A stretch of DNA of 64,000 bases, from NCBI GenBank assembly GCA_027008775.1, contig JALVDV010000010.1, positions 96,529-160,528 on the forward strand, read 5' to 3'. Both the position numbers and the translations under genes were made by a program. The notes under the pieces were generated by a model. That model saw only the letters and a list, made by a program, of their open reading frames with translations, was not told where the DNA came from and ran no database searches. Shown piece by piece: positions 38,569 through 47,632 of the stretch. Source of the stretch: Candidatus Moraniibacteriota bacterium (GTDB lineage: Bacteria; Patescibacteriota; Minisyncoccia; Moranbacterales; DUUL01). How positions within the stretch are numbered: the first letter of the stretch is position 1; each line of letters opens with the position of its first letter.

Positions 38569-41319
38569 TTAACGGCCGCAACATTTTTTATATTTCTTGC
38601 CACTGCCACAAGGGCAAGGGTCGTTACGTCCGATGTTTTTATTTTTATTAAATACCGGCTGTCGGTTTTGATTTTCATTTTCCCTGTTCTCGGCAATATT
38701 TTTTATTTCTTCAGCCGGCAGAACATCAAAACCGCTTGTTTCTTCAGCGCCACTGTAATTGAGATCTTTTAAATTATTTTCCGGCGGGGCTTCAACCGCT
38801 GTTTCCAGCGGAGAAACAAGCTCCACTTTAAAAATAGCCGTGGAAACGGAACGGTTTATATTGGCCAAGAGCGCTTGAAAAGCATTGAAAGCCTCTTTTT
38901 TGTAAGCCACCAAGGGATCTATTTGGGCATAGCCTTGGAAGCCAATACCTTCTCTGATGTGTTCCATATGTTCCAAATGATCCATCCAGAAACTGTCAAT
39001 AGTGCGCAAGTAAATGTTTTTTAAAATAGCTTGGAAATTTTCTTTACCCAATTCCTCTTCCTTCTTTTGGTAGGCCTGAAAGACTCTATTTAACAGAAAG
39101 TCTTCAATCGCCCTTCTTTTGTCTTTCTCGGTCAAATCCTTTTTCATAATTTCCGCCAAACTTTTTTTTGTTTCTTCCTTGTCATCGCCAGTGATGACAT
39201 TCAATTCTTCGGCCAATTCGGAGATATCCCACCGGTCTTCGTCACTGCCGGCGGTTAGCGCTCCAACCAAACCGGCAATGTCTTCTTTGAGCAATTCTTT
39301 GATTTCTTGACTGATATCTTCTTTGCGTAGAATATTTAATCTTTTTTTGTAGATGGTTTCTCGCTGTTTATTCATTACGTCGTCATATTCCAAAACTCTT
39401 TTACGAGCATCAAAGTTAAAACCCTCTATTTTTTTCTGAGCGGACTCAATTGATTTGGAAATCATTTTATTTTCAATGGGTTGGTCTTCCGGAAAGCCAA
39501 ATTTTTCCATCAAACTTTTCATCTTGTCACCGCCGAAGCGACGCATCAGTTCATCCTCCAGAGAAACAAAAAATTGACTGCTACCCGGGTCTCCTTGCCG
39601 ACCGGCGCGACCACGCAACTGTTCGTCAATGCGACGAGCCTCGTGTCGTTCGGAGCCAATGATAGCCAACCCTCCCGCTTCTTTGGCTCGATCGTCCAGT
39701 TTTATATCCGTTCCTCGCCCGGCCATATTGGTGGCGATGGTCACGCTTTTAAATTTACCGGCTTTGGCAATAATTTGCGCTTCTCTTTCATGATTTTTGG
39801 CGTTCAAAACTTCATGAGGAATTCCCTCTTTTCGCAACAGTTCCGACAACTCTTCCGACTTTTCAATGGCAATAGTGCCAACCAGAACCGGTCGTCCTTG
39901 TTGGTGTAACTTTTTGATTTCTTCTATAATGGCGCGAAATTTTCCCGGTTCGTTTTTGTAAACAATGTCACTCTTATCTTCTCTGATAACCGGCTTGTGA
40001 GTGGGGATCTGCAAAACTTCCAGACCATAAACTTTGGCGAACTCTTCCGCCGAGGAAGTGGCCGTTCCGGTCATACCGGACAGCTTATTGTAAAGACGAA
40101 AATAGTTTTGGAAAGTGATAGTGGCTAAGGTGCGTGATTCTTTTTGCACCACCACCCCCTCCTTGGCTTCAATGGCTTGGTGTAGACCTTCGCTGTAACG
40201 ACGCCCGGGCATTAAGCGGCCGGTAAACTCATCAACGATAACGATTTCACCGTCTTTAACAACATAATCTTTGTCACGCTTGAAAAGAATGTGAGCTTTT
40301 AAGGCCTGTTCCAGGTGATGAACGTAAGAAATTTTGTCGGTGGCGTAAATATTGCCAATACCCAACATTTTTTCCACTTCGTCTATTCCTTGCTGGGTCA
40401 AAGAAACACTACGCATCTTTTCATCAACATTGTAATGTTCATTTTCTTTCAGTCGGGGAACGATACTGGCAAATTGCTGATACATTTTGGTTGACTCGTC
40501 ATCGGGAGCGGAGATAATCAGGGGTGTCCGAGCTTCATCAATCAAAATGGAATCAACCTCATCAACGATGGCGTAATTCAATGGTCTTTGCACAACCTGC
40601 TCAGCGCTGGGAGCCATATTGTCCCGCAAATAATCAAAACCAAATTCATTGTTGGTGCCGTAAAGGATATCGCAACGATAAGCCTCGCGACGTTCAATCG
40701 GTTGCAAGTTTTCCATTTCCACTGTCACTTCATCATTGTCAATCTTGTTGGGTTGGTAACGATAAGAAATATCATGATTCAGACAAGCAACCGAGAGCCC
40801 GACAAAATCAAAAACCGCTCCCATCCAATTGGCGTCACGTTTGGAAAGGTAATCATTGACGGTCACAATATGCACTCCTCGTCCCGTTAGAGCATTGAGA
40901 TAAGCGGGGAAAATGGAGGCCAAAGTTTTACCCTCTCCGGTTTTCATTTCGGCTATTTTTCCTTGGTGCAAAGCGATGGCGCCAATCAGCTGGACGTCGT
41001 AAGCGCGCTCCTTAATGACTCGCCAACCGGCTTCTCGCATCAAGGCCAAGGCTTCCGGCAGAATTTCATTGAGAGCCTGATCTATTCTTTGTTGTTCTTT
41101 TTTCCTTTCTTCATCAGAGAGAAGAATTCTTTCTTCGTCGGTCTGATATTTGACAGCTTGAGAAATTTTTTCTTTGAATTCGGCCGTCCTGCGAGGAAAT
41201 TCTTCGTCGGAGAGTTTTTTCATCTCCGGCTCCAACTCGTTTATTTTAGCGACTGTTTTTCTGATTTCTTTCAACTGTTTGGAATTGGCATTGCCAAAGA
41301 TTTTTTCCAGGATTTTCAT
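38569..41319 (-). CDS. secA: Preprotein translocase subunit SecA
   Basis: The SecA DEAD motor and C-terminal Zn finger (CPCGSGKKYKKCCG) are present. The start was trimmed to MKILEKIFG. Confidence 0.93.
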   Translation of the reverse strand: MKILEKIFGNANSKQLKEIRKTVAKINELEPEMKKLSDEEFPRRTAEFKEKISQAVKYQTDEERILLSDEERKKEQQRIDQALNEILPEALALMREAGWRVIKERAYDVQLIGAIALHQGKIAEMKTGEGKTLASIFPAYLNALTGRGVHIVTVNDYLSKRDANWMGAVFDFVGLSVACLNHDISYRYQPNKIDNDEVTVEMENLQPIERREAYRCDILYGTNNEFGFDYLRDNMAPSAEQVVQRPLNYAIVDEVDSILIDEARTPLIISAPDDESTKMYQQFASIVPRLKENEHYNVDEKMRSVSLTQQGIDEVEKMLGIGNIYATDKISYVHHLEQALKAHILFKRDKDYVVKDGEIVIVDEFTGRLMPGRRYSEGLHQAIEAKEGVVVQKESRTLATITFQNYFRLYNKLSGMTGTATSSAEEFAKVYGLEVLQIPTHKPVIREDKSDIVYKNEPGKFRAIIEEIKKLHQQGRPVLVGTIAIEKSEELSELLRKEGIPHEVLNAKNHEREAQIIAKAGKFKSVTIATNMAGRGTDIKLDDRAKEAGGLAIIGSERHEARRIDEQLRGRAGRQGDPGSSQFFVSLEDELMRRFGGDKMKSLMEKFGFPEDQPIENKMISKSIESAQKKIEGFNFDARKRVLEYDDVMNKQRETIYKKRLNILRKEDISQEIKELLKEDIAGLVGALTAGSDEDRWDISELAEELNVITGDDKEETKKSLAEIMKKDLTEKDKRRAIEDFLLNRVFQAYQKKEEELGKENFQAILKNIYLRTIDSFWMDHLEHMEHIREGIGFQGYAQIDPLVAYKKEAFNAFQALLANINRSVSTAIFKVELVSPLETAVEAPPENNLKDLNYSGAEETSGFDVLPAEEIKNIAENRENENQNRQPVFNKNKNIGRNDPCPCGSGKKYKKCCGR

Positions 41320-41503
41320 TATATTTAAAAGTTGTTGTATTAAAAGATTTGGCTCGCTTTGCCATAAAGCCATTCTATTCCATTTTGGATGACAAGGCAA
41401 GCGGAGATTGGTTTTTTGGTAAATTTGAAAGCCGGTTTGGTTTCTTGACTTTTATGGGATTGGAATATTAGAAAGCGATGGTAAAAGATGGATGAAATAA
41501 AAG

Positions 41504-42583
41504 TTAAATATATTTTTCATCTTTCTTTTTCAGTTCTTTGATTATTTCTTTTACCTCCTGTGCTCTGGCTTTGGGGCAAACCAAAAGAGCGTTGTCGGTA
41601 TCAACAATAACCAGATCGTCAACTCCGATGGTGGCGATTATTTTGCCCCGGCGACCGTAAATCAAACTGCCGGAAGTGTCCAGGTTGAGACATTCTCCCT
41701 TGGTTAAATTACGCCTTTCGTCGGCCTGGGATAACAAATTTTCGTGCAGTGTGTCCCAAGTGCCGATGTCCTTCCAACCAAATTCACCTTTGATAATGAG
41801 CATATCTTTGGGATCAATTTTTTCCGTGATGGCGTAGTCAATAGAAATTTTTTCCATTTGACCGTATAATTCCCTGATTTTCTCCGGACGATTTTTTCCC
41901 TGCAATTCTTCTTTAATGGCTTGTAGAATTGTAAACGTTTGAGGTGTGTATTTTTCGTAAGCTTCCAGAAATTTACGCGGCGTCCACATATAGTAATTGG
42001 CGTGCCAAAGGTAGTTGCCCGATTTTAGATATTTTTGAGCGGTTTTAAAATCCGGTTTTTCGGTGTGTCCCAAAAATTCATAAAATTTCACGCCGTTTTT
42101 TTCCTCCAAGAGTTGACCGATCTTGGTGTAGCCCAGGGCGGTGTTTGGTTCAGTGGGAAAAATGGCGATGTCCAGCAGTTTGCCGGTTTGCTTAATCACC
42201 TCTTCGGCAGTGGCGATACTTTTCAGAAAATCGTCCACTCTGGCGATGTAGTGGTCGGAAGGAATGAAAGCCATCGGTTCGTCGGGATCAAGAAGGCTCA
42301 GTTTTAAAGCGTTAAAACCCATAGCCGGAGCGGTATCACGTCGTTCCGGTTCAATGATGATATTTTCCAAGGGAAAATCAGGCAGAATTTCTTTGACTTT
42401 TTCCGCGAGAGAAGCGGTGGTGGCGATAAATTTTTTGTCCGCCGGGTAATCTTTAAATCTGTCTAAAGTTTCTTCCAACATAGTTTTTTCGGAAGTGAGG
42501 CGACAGAATTGCTTGGGAATATCGGAACGACTCATCGGCCAAAGACGGGACCCGGAGCCACCGGCCAAAATAACTATTTTCAT
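41504..42583 (-). CDS. Mannose-1-phosphate guanylyltransferase-like NTP-transferase
   Basis: The N-terminal motif ILAGGSGSRLWP is present. Confidence 0.8.
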   Translation of the reverse strand: MKIVILAGGSGSRLWPMSRSDIPKQFCRLTSEKTMLEETLDRFKDYPADKKFIATTASLAEKVKEILPDFPLENIIIEPERRDTAPAMGFNALKLSLLDPDEPMAFIPSDHYIARVDDFLKSIATAEEVIKQTGKLLDIAIFPTEPNTALGYTKIGQLLEEKNGVKFYEFLGHTEKPDFKTAQKYLKSGNYLWHANYYMWTPRKFLEAYEKYTPQTFTILQAIKEELQGKNRPEKIRELYGQMEKISIDYAITEKIDPKDMLIIKGEFGWKDIGTWDTLHENLLSQADERRNLTKGECLNLDTSGSLIYGRRGKIIATIGVDDLVIVDTDNALLVCPKARAQEVKEIIKELKKKDEKYI

Positions 42584-42745
42584 AAATTTTCTTTAGTTTT
42601 TAAGTCTTTAAAAACCTGTTTTAATTTAGCACCAAAGAAATAGCTTGTCTAGCAAAATCGCCGGAAGATCAACTTTCGGAGGCGGTTGAAAAAGAAAACA
42701 GCCATTGCCCGGTTAGAGACAATGGCTGCGGAGAGGCCAGGAGAA

Positions 42746-43345
42746 TTATTTAATCTTTCTTCTCCCGACCAGGCCCAGGCCGGCGAGGCCTGAGCCGAAA
42801 AGGAGGATGGTCGCCGGCTCGGGCACCGGGGCTGGCGGGTTATCCACGGAAATCTCCGTTAGCTGGAGATTCCCGCACAAACCTCCGATGGCGACGACCA
42901 TGTCGTCGCGATCCCAGTCACTCCACCTGGAGGGCAGGTCCTCCAGGTGGATACTCCAGATTCCCGGAGCCGGCTGGTTCCAGAAAACGTGCTGGATTCC
43001 CTGGTCTTCGGGGGAATTCAACCGGGGATCGCTGTACCAGTCGTACAGCTCCCCAGAGGGGCTGTATGTTTGGAAATGGATTCCGAAAGACTGGAATCCA
43101 TCCCAATCATTGGCGGAGAAGGTCTGCCAGCTCCCGGGCTCGTCGCCCGCCTGGAGGACGGGCAACTGGTTTTGGGGATCGTCGGTTTTGTAGAAAAACA
43201 GTGACGATTCCCAGGATGCTTCTTCCTGGACGTCAACGACAAAAAGGCTGCCGTCCAGTTTGAAGATTGGGATTACCTGCGTGGCATTGGCCACACAGGT
43301 GAAAAAGAATAGAAAAAATAAAAATAAAAGTGGGATTTTTTTCAT
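42746..43345 (-). CDS. Secreted protein with a C-terminal PEP-CTERM sorting signal, strongly GC-shifted
   Basis: The signal peptide MKKIPLLFLFFLFFFTCVANA is AT-rich. The C-terminus reads VPEPATILLFGSGLAGLGLVGRRKIK, which is PEP, then a TM segment, then an RRK basic tail. Body codons end mostly in G or C. Confidence 0.75.
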   Translation of the reverse strand: MKKIPLLFLFFLFFFTCVANATQVIPIFKLDGSLFVVDVQEEASWESSLFFYKTDDPQNQLPVLQAGDEPGSWQTFSANDWDGFQSFGIHFQTYSPSGELYDWYSDPRLNSPEDQGIQHVFWNQPAPGIWSIHLEDLPSRWSDWDRDDMVVAIGGLCGNLQLTEISVDNPPAPVPEPATILLFGSGLAGLGLVGRRKIK

Positions 43346-43495
43346 TTTTTACCTCCCATTTCTGTGTCTCCCTGCCCCCAGGGAGACAATAAAAAGAACT
43401 AGCGACAATGGGGCTATTGCCACTTTTACTTTAAAAAATCTATCCCACCTCCTTTCATTCATTTTATTTAACGGACTTAATTAGTCCGACTTGGC

Positions 43496-43525
43496 ATTGT
43501 AAAACAGAAGTGGGTGACTGTCAAG
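43496..43525 (-). promoter_or_regulatory. Exact consensus promoter TTGACA-N17-TACAAT for the PEP-CTERM gene
   Basis: The exact hexamers with a 17-nt spacer read on the minus strand. They lie directly after a terminator hairpin at 43528..43557. Confidence 0.6.
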
Positions 43526-43527
43526 CA

Positions 43528-43557
43528 AACGCCGGGGGTTTGACTCCCGGCGTTTTA
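43528..43557. terminator. Terminator hairpin after the S74-domain gene
   Basis: The stem GCCGGG/CCCGGC is flanked by A/T runs. Confidence 0.55.
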
Positions 43558-43593
43558 GACATTGTAAAGTTGTAAGCAAGATGACTTTTCCCC

Positions 43594-44622
43594 TTATTTA
43601 TTTTCCAATTCAGCCACTTTAGCCTGCAAATCACGGATTTCCTTTTGTTGCTCTTTGACTGCTTCAATCAAAACTCCAACCAGACCGTCATAGTCAACTG
43701 TTTTGTAGCCATTGGGGCTCTCATTAACCAAGCTGGGGAAGTCTTTTTCAATTTCTTGAGCGATTACTCCGATATTTTTCTGGTCATTGCTTTTCAATTT
43801 ATACTCCACTCCGCGAATGTTCTCCAATCTCTGTAAAGCATTTTCCACTGTTTTGATGTCTTTTTTTAATCTAACATCAGAGCCCCGACGGAAATTGGCT
43901 GCCCAGACATCAGCAAATTGTCCTTTACCTTTACCAACTACCAAGCCGGCATTTCTGCTTCTGGATCCATCCACTCTAATCCCGATGGATCCGGCCAGGC
44001 TGGGAGCGTTGGGAGAAACATCAAAAGCGTAAATCCAGGGACCCCGGGTGTTATCAACTTTTTGATATTCACTGTTGTTAGTGACAGTGCCAATTCTAAA
44101 TTTGCCCTGAGAGACGAAAGTTTTACCAAAAATGTTAGCGTACTGGTTGTGACCGCGACCAACTACCAAAGCGCTATCCGGTCCTTGATTGCCAACGCGG
44201 ATACCGATGCTTCCGTTCATATTGCTCACGCCCGGCACTTGATTGATGGCATAAATCCAGGGTCCTCTCATCGCATCTATTCGGTTGTACCCGGCGGTGC
44301 TGTTAACCATTCCTATTTGCAGATACGGACCGGAGGCCTGGGCTCCTTGAGCATACAATCTGACAGCGCCGTTGGCAAAAATATTACCATTAGCCAACAA
44401 GGCTGTGCTTCGGTTACCGGCAACGTTAACGGCCAAACCGCCGTCTTTAGCTTGCCAAATTGGGCCGGTGTTTAAAGGCGCTTTCAAGTTACTGGCCGGG
44501 GGATTGGAAGATGGCTCCGTCCAATTGGTTGATTGGGCACTGGTTGATTGGACATAAACCAAGGCTGCCAAAGCAACAAGTCCCGTCGCAACCACCATTT
44601 TGAATTTACTATTCATTTTCAT
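43594..44622 (-). CDS. Secreted tail-fibre-like protein with a C-terminal peptidase S74 intramolecular-chaperone domain
   Basis: It has a signal peptide and two internal roughly 100-aa repeats. The C-terminus reads SDVRLKKDI…GVEYK…IGVIAQEIEKDFPSLV…VDYDGLVGVLIEAVKEQQKEIRDL, which matches the auto-cleaving chaperone of phage tail spikes. Confidence 0.7.
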   Translation of the reverse strand: MKMNSKFKMVVATGLVALAALVYVQSTSAQSTNWTEPSSNPPASNLKAPLNTGPIWQAKDGGLAVNVAGNRSTALLANGNIFANGAVRLYAQGAQASGPYLQIGMVNSTAGYNRIDAMRGPWIYAINQVPGVSNMNGSIGIRVGNQGPDSALVVGRGHNQYANIFGKTFVSQGKFRIGTVTNNSEYQKVDNTRGPWIYAFDVSPNAPSLAGSIGIRVDGSRSRNAGLVVGKGKGQFADVWAANFRRGSDVRLKKDIKTVENALQRLENIRGVEYKLKSNDQKNIGVIAQEIEKDFPSLVNESPNGYKTVDYDGLVGVLIEAVKEQQKEIRDLQAKVAELENK

Positions 44623-44686
44623 TTTGCTTTTTTATTAATTAATTTGTTATATTTAAAAAATTTTAAACCTTATTTGTTGATTACCA

Positions 44687-44974
44687 CTATTCTCCCATTA
44701 CCTGGGAAAGCTGATCTCTATTCATTTGAGTAACAGCCCCGTCCTGTCTGTTCATTATCTCCGAGAGTTTGTTGGCGTTGATTTTGGCCGGTTTAATATC
44801 GGAGGAATTTGATTTACTGCCCGAACCACCCAAGATGGCTGTTTTGGTAATGTCAAAATTAACTCCACTGGCGTTAATTAAATAAACCAAAAAGCCGGCC
44901 AGAATGAAAGATACCACCACCACAAAAGCTATGACCCTTACTTTCTCGGCTGATTTTTCCTTTTGTCTGTTCAT
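44687..44974 (-). CDS. Small single-TM protein
   Basis: It has an N-terminal TM anchor. Confidence 0.4.
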   Translation of the reverse strand: MNRQKEKSAEKVRVIAFVVVVSFILAGFLVYLINASGVNFDITKTAILGGSGSKSNSSDIKPAKINANKLSEIMNRQDGAVTQMNRDQLSQVMGE

Positions 44975-45019
44975 TTATTTGTTTGAAATTTTATTTGTTA
45001 GAATTATCTACCAGGCCCC

Positions 45020-45874
45020 CTAGTTAACTTTAACCGGTAAACTCGTTTCCAAATTATGATAGTTGTATTTGACCTGGACATTTCCGTTACCCTTATTTTT
45101 GGCTTGAATAATCTTGTTAACCTCTCCCGCCAAATCAAAGGCTGAAGAATTTTCCGTCCAGGTGGCCAAACCGGTGACATCTAAACCGGAACAACTGTTT
45201 TTAGAAGCGGAAAGACAAGCTTTGAGGTTTTTATTATCGCCCTCACTCATCGTTAAGCTTGTGAGAGGATTGTTGTTGCCACAAGTATTTTCACAGATAA
45301 CCAAATTTTTGCCAAAAGAATCTATTCCACAGGCTTTGGCCTGACCGAAACTTACCCAACCAAGCTCATTAGACCAGGCGTAACCGGACAGTTTCCCGTG
45401 AGAATCCAGATGGACTCCGTAGTCTTGCCCGTTTGTAACTTTTCCCCTCATCTTTATCCAACCTCTCCAACCACCAGAATTGTTTATTTTTTCCTCTTGA
45501 GCGATGCCCACAATTCTGGCCCAACCGGTCAAATTGTTACCTTCTTTTCTTACCCCTCCTTTATCTCCATTGGGCGCGTTGCAATTGGCTTGGTAAGCGC
45601 TTCCACAATGCTCTTGGGGACTAAAGTCCACCCAGCCCAGATTGGAACTCCAGGCGTAACCGGTAATATTACCGTCACCGCTTGGTATTTTTAAATTATA
45701 AGAAATACTGCCGTTTTGGTTGGCATTGGTGGCGCTAATCCAACCAAAATTAGTGTTGCTGCCAGCCCAAAACCAACCGACAATATTATTGTCATTAGGG
45801 GCGGCTTTGACTAGAAAGGTAATTCCAATAATTGCCAAACTGAGCAGAGAACCGTAGATTATTTTTTTGAGCAT
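45020..45874 (-). CDS. Secreted protein with tandem G(Y/W)AWS…LGW(V/I)xF repeats
   Basis: A signal peptide is followed by at least three aromatic GW repeats and a Cys-rich C-terminal part. Confidence 0.5.
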   Translation of the reverse strand: MLKKIIYGSLLSLAIIGITFLVKAAPNDNNIVGWFWAGSNTNFGWISATNANQNGSISYNLKIPSGDGNITGYAWSSNLGWVDFSPQEHCGSAYQANCNAPNGDKGGVRKEGNNLTGWARIVGIAQEEKINNSGGWRGWIKMRGKVTNGQDYGVHLDSHGKLSGYAWSNELGWVSFGQAKACGIDSFGKNLVICENTCGNNNPLTSLTMSEGDNKNLKACLSASKNSCSGLDVTGLATWTENSSAFDLAGEVNKIIQAKNKGNGNVQVKYNYHNLETSLPVKVN

Positions 45875-46024
45875 ATTTTTGTTTTGAGATTTATTTTAAA
45901 AACCGTGATTGCTTTTGTCTCTATTTTAAGTCATAAAAAAAATCCTGTCAAAGTTTTCAGTGTTTCCTTGTGTTTGGATTATAGCATAACTTCTAATTCC
46001 TAACAACTTTAGTCAACCGGAAAA

Positions 46025-46465
46025 TTAAAATAATCGGGAGGATTCAGCGTCCAAAGCTTTGTTAACCAAACTATCGGCCTCTTTATTTTTTTCTCTGGGG
46101 ATGTGTTGAAAGTTCACTTTTTGAAAATCAAGCGTGAGATTCCAAATTTTGATGAAGTATTTTTGAATCTTTTCGTCTTTCAATTTGTATTGATGGTTAA
46201 GTTGTTTAACTGCCAATTCCGAATCCAGAAAACAATGAATAGTGAAATTTTTCGCAACTTGTTTGCCCAGATGTTTTTTTGCTTCCTGCAGGGCGTAAAT
46301 CAGAGCTTCATATTCGGCCTCATTGTTTGTGCGTTGTGAGCCGATGTAACGATGAAAGGTAATTTTTGTTTGATTTGGTAAAATAATCACCCCGCCAATC
46401 GCCGCCGGTCCGGGATTACCGCGAGAGCCGCCGTCGGTGTGAATTGTTACATTTTTTTCAGTCAT
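46025..46465 (-). CDS. rnhA: Ribonuclease HI
   Basis: The RNase H motifs TDGGSRGNPGPAAIG and NNEAEYEALIYAL are present. Confidence 0.88.
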   Translation of the reverse strand: MTEKNVTIHTDGGSRGNPGPAAIGGVIILPNQTKITFHRYIGSQRTNNEAEYEALIYALQEAKKHLGKQVAKNFTIHCFLDSELAVKQLNHQYKLKDEKIQKYFIKIWNLTLDFQKVNFQHIPREKNKEADSLVNKALDAESSRLF

Positions 46466-46556
46466 TGTTTTTACAGAATGATTTTTCAAAATTAATTCAT
46501 TGATTTTTCGCAAAATAAATTCTTCAAAATTGGAGATGGGAAAAATTTAAACAGAT

Positions 46557-47612
46557 TTACTCTCCTTTCAATCTGCCAACTATGTTGCCCAGCTCTTCCG
46601 GTGAATAATAATCAATGATTATTTTGCCATTTTCTTTGATTCCTCTGATTTTTACTTTGGTGTTGAAGAGTTCTGACAGTTCATTTTCAATATTTAAAAG
46701 GTCCGGATCAACATTTTTTTGAATGCGGAAAGTTTTTTTAAGTTTAACATTTTTAGCCACACCTTCCACTTCTCTGACATTTAAATCGTCCTTTAAGATT
46801 GACCGGAAAAGATCCATTTGTTTTTTTTCGTCACTGAGAGCCAAAATGGTACGCGCGTGCCCTTCGGAAATGACCCCTTCGGCCAAGGCTTGCTTGATTT
46901 TGGTCGGTAATTTTAAAAGACGGAGCGTGTTAGCCACGGCGCTGCGACTCTTGCCGACCTTTTGCGCGATTTCTTCTTGAGTCAAACCGAATTTTTCTTT
47001 CATCACTTGATAAGCCTCGGCTTCTTCAACAGGATTAAGGTTATGCCTTTGAATATTTTCTATTAAGGCCCATTCGGCTTTGTTTTCTTCGCTGGCCTCT
47101 TTGGTGACCACCGGCACGGTTTTTAAACCAGCCAGTTTGGCCGCTTCTAACCTTCTTTCGCCGGCAATGAGTTCAAAGCCTCCCTGCGAACGGTGGGTGA
47201 CAACCAGCGGTTGGATGATACCGTGTAGAGCGATGGAATCGGCCAATTCTTGCAATTTGGCTTTGTCAAAATTTTGTCGGGGTTGGTAGGGATTGGGGAA
47301 AATTTCTTCCACACCGACTTCCATAATACTTTTCAATCTGATTTTGGCGGAACCGCTGAGACTCGTTTTTGTTTGCTTTTCTTTTTGGGCGGATTTGGCA
47401 GAGGAAGTTTTGTTGGTAGCAGTCTTTTTTTGATTGTCTGTCTTTTGAAATGAGTTGGCGCCAAAATAGTTAACTTCGCCAACGGCGCCGGTTCCGGCAA
47501 AGGCTTTGCTGGTGCCGGCAGTATTTTGCTTTGTTCTTGCTTTGTTGTTTGTTTTGTTTTTGCGAGGAATTAAAGAAGACAAACCTCGTCCCAGACCTCC
47601 CGGTTTTGCCAT
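46557..47612 (-). CDS. parB: Chromosome partitioning protein ParB with a low-complexity N-terminal extension
   Basis: The ParB box (GERRLEAAKLAGL) and HTH are present. Confidence 0.9.
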   Translation of the reverse strand: MAKPGGLGRGLSSLIPRKNKTNNKARTKQNTAGTSKAFAGTGAVGEVNYFGANSFQKTDNQKKTATNKTSSAKSAQKEKQTKTSLSGSAKIRLKSIMEVGVEEIFPNPYQPRQNFDKAKLQELADSIALHGIIQPLVVTHRSQGGFELIAGERRLEAAKLAGLKTVPVVTKEASEENKAEWALIENIQRHNLNPVEEAEAYQVMKEKFGLTQEEIAQKVGKSRSAVANTLRLLKLPTKIKQALAEGVISEGHARTILALSDEKKQMDLFRSILKDDLNVREVEGVAKNVKLKKTFRIQKNVDPDLLNIENELSELFNTKVKIRGIKENGKIIIDYYSPEELGNIVGRLKGE

Positions 47613-47632
47613 AGTTTTAAAATTAAAAATGA

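Noticed and set aside
41320-41400. 27-aa N-terminal extension of SecA (MPCHPKWNRMALW…)
   Set aside because: SecA orthologs start near MKILEKIFG, and the extension lacks an SD.
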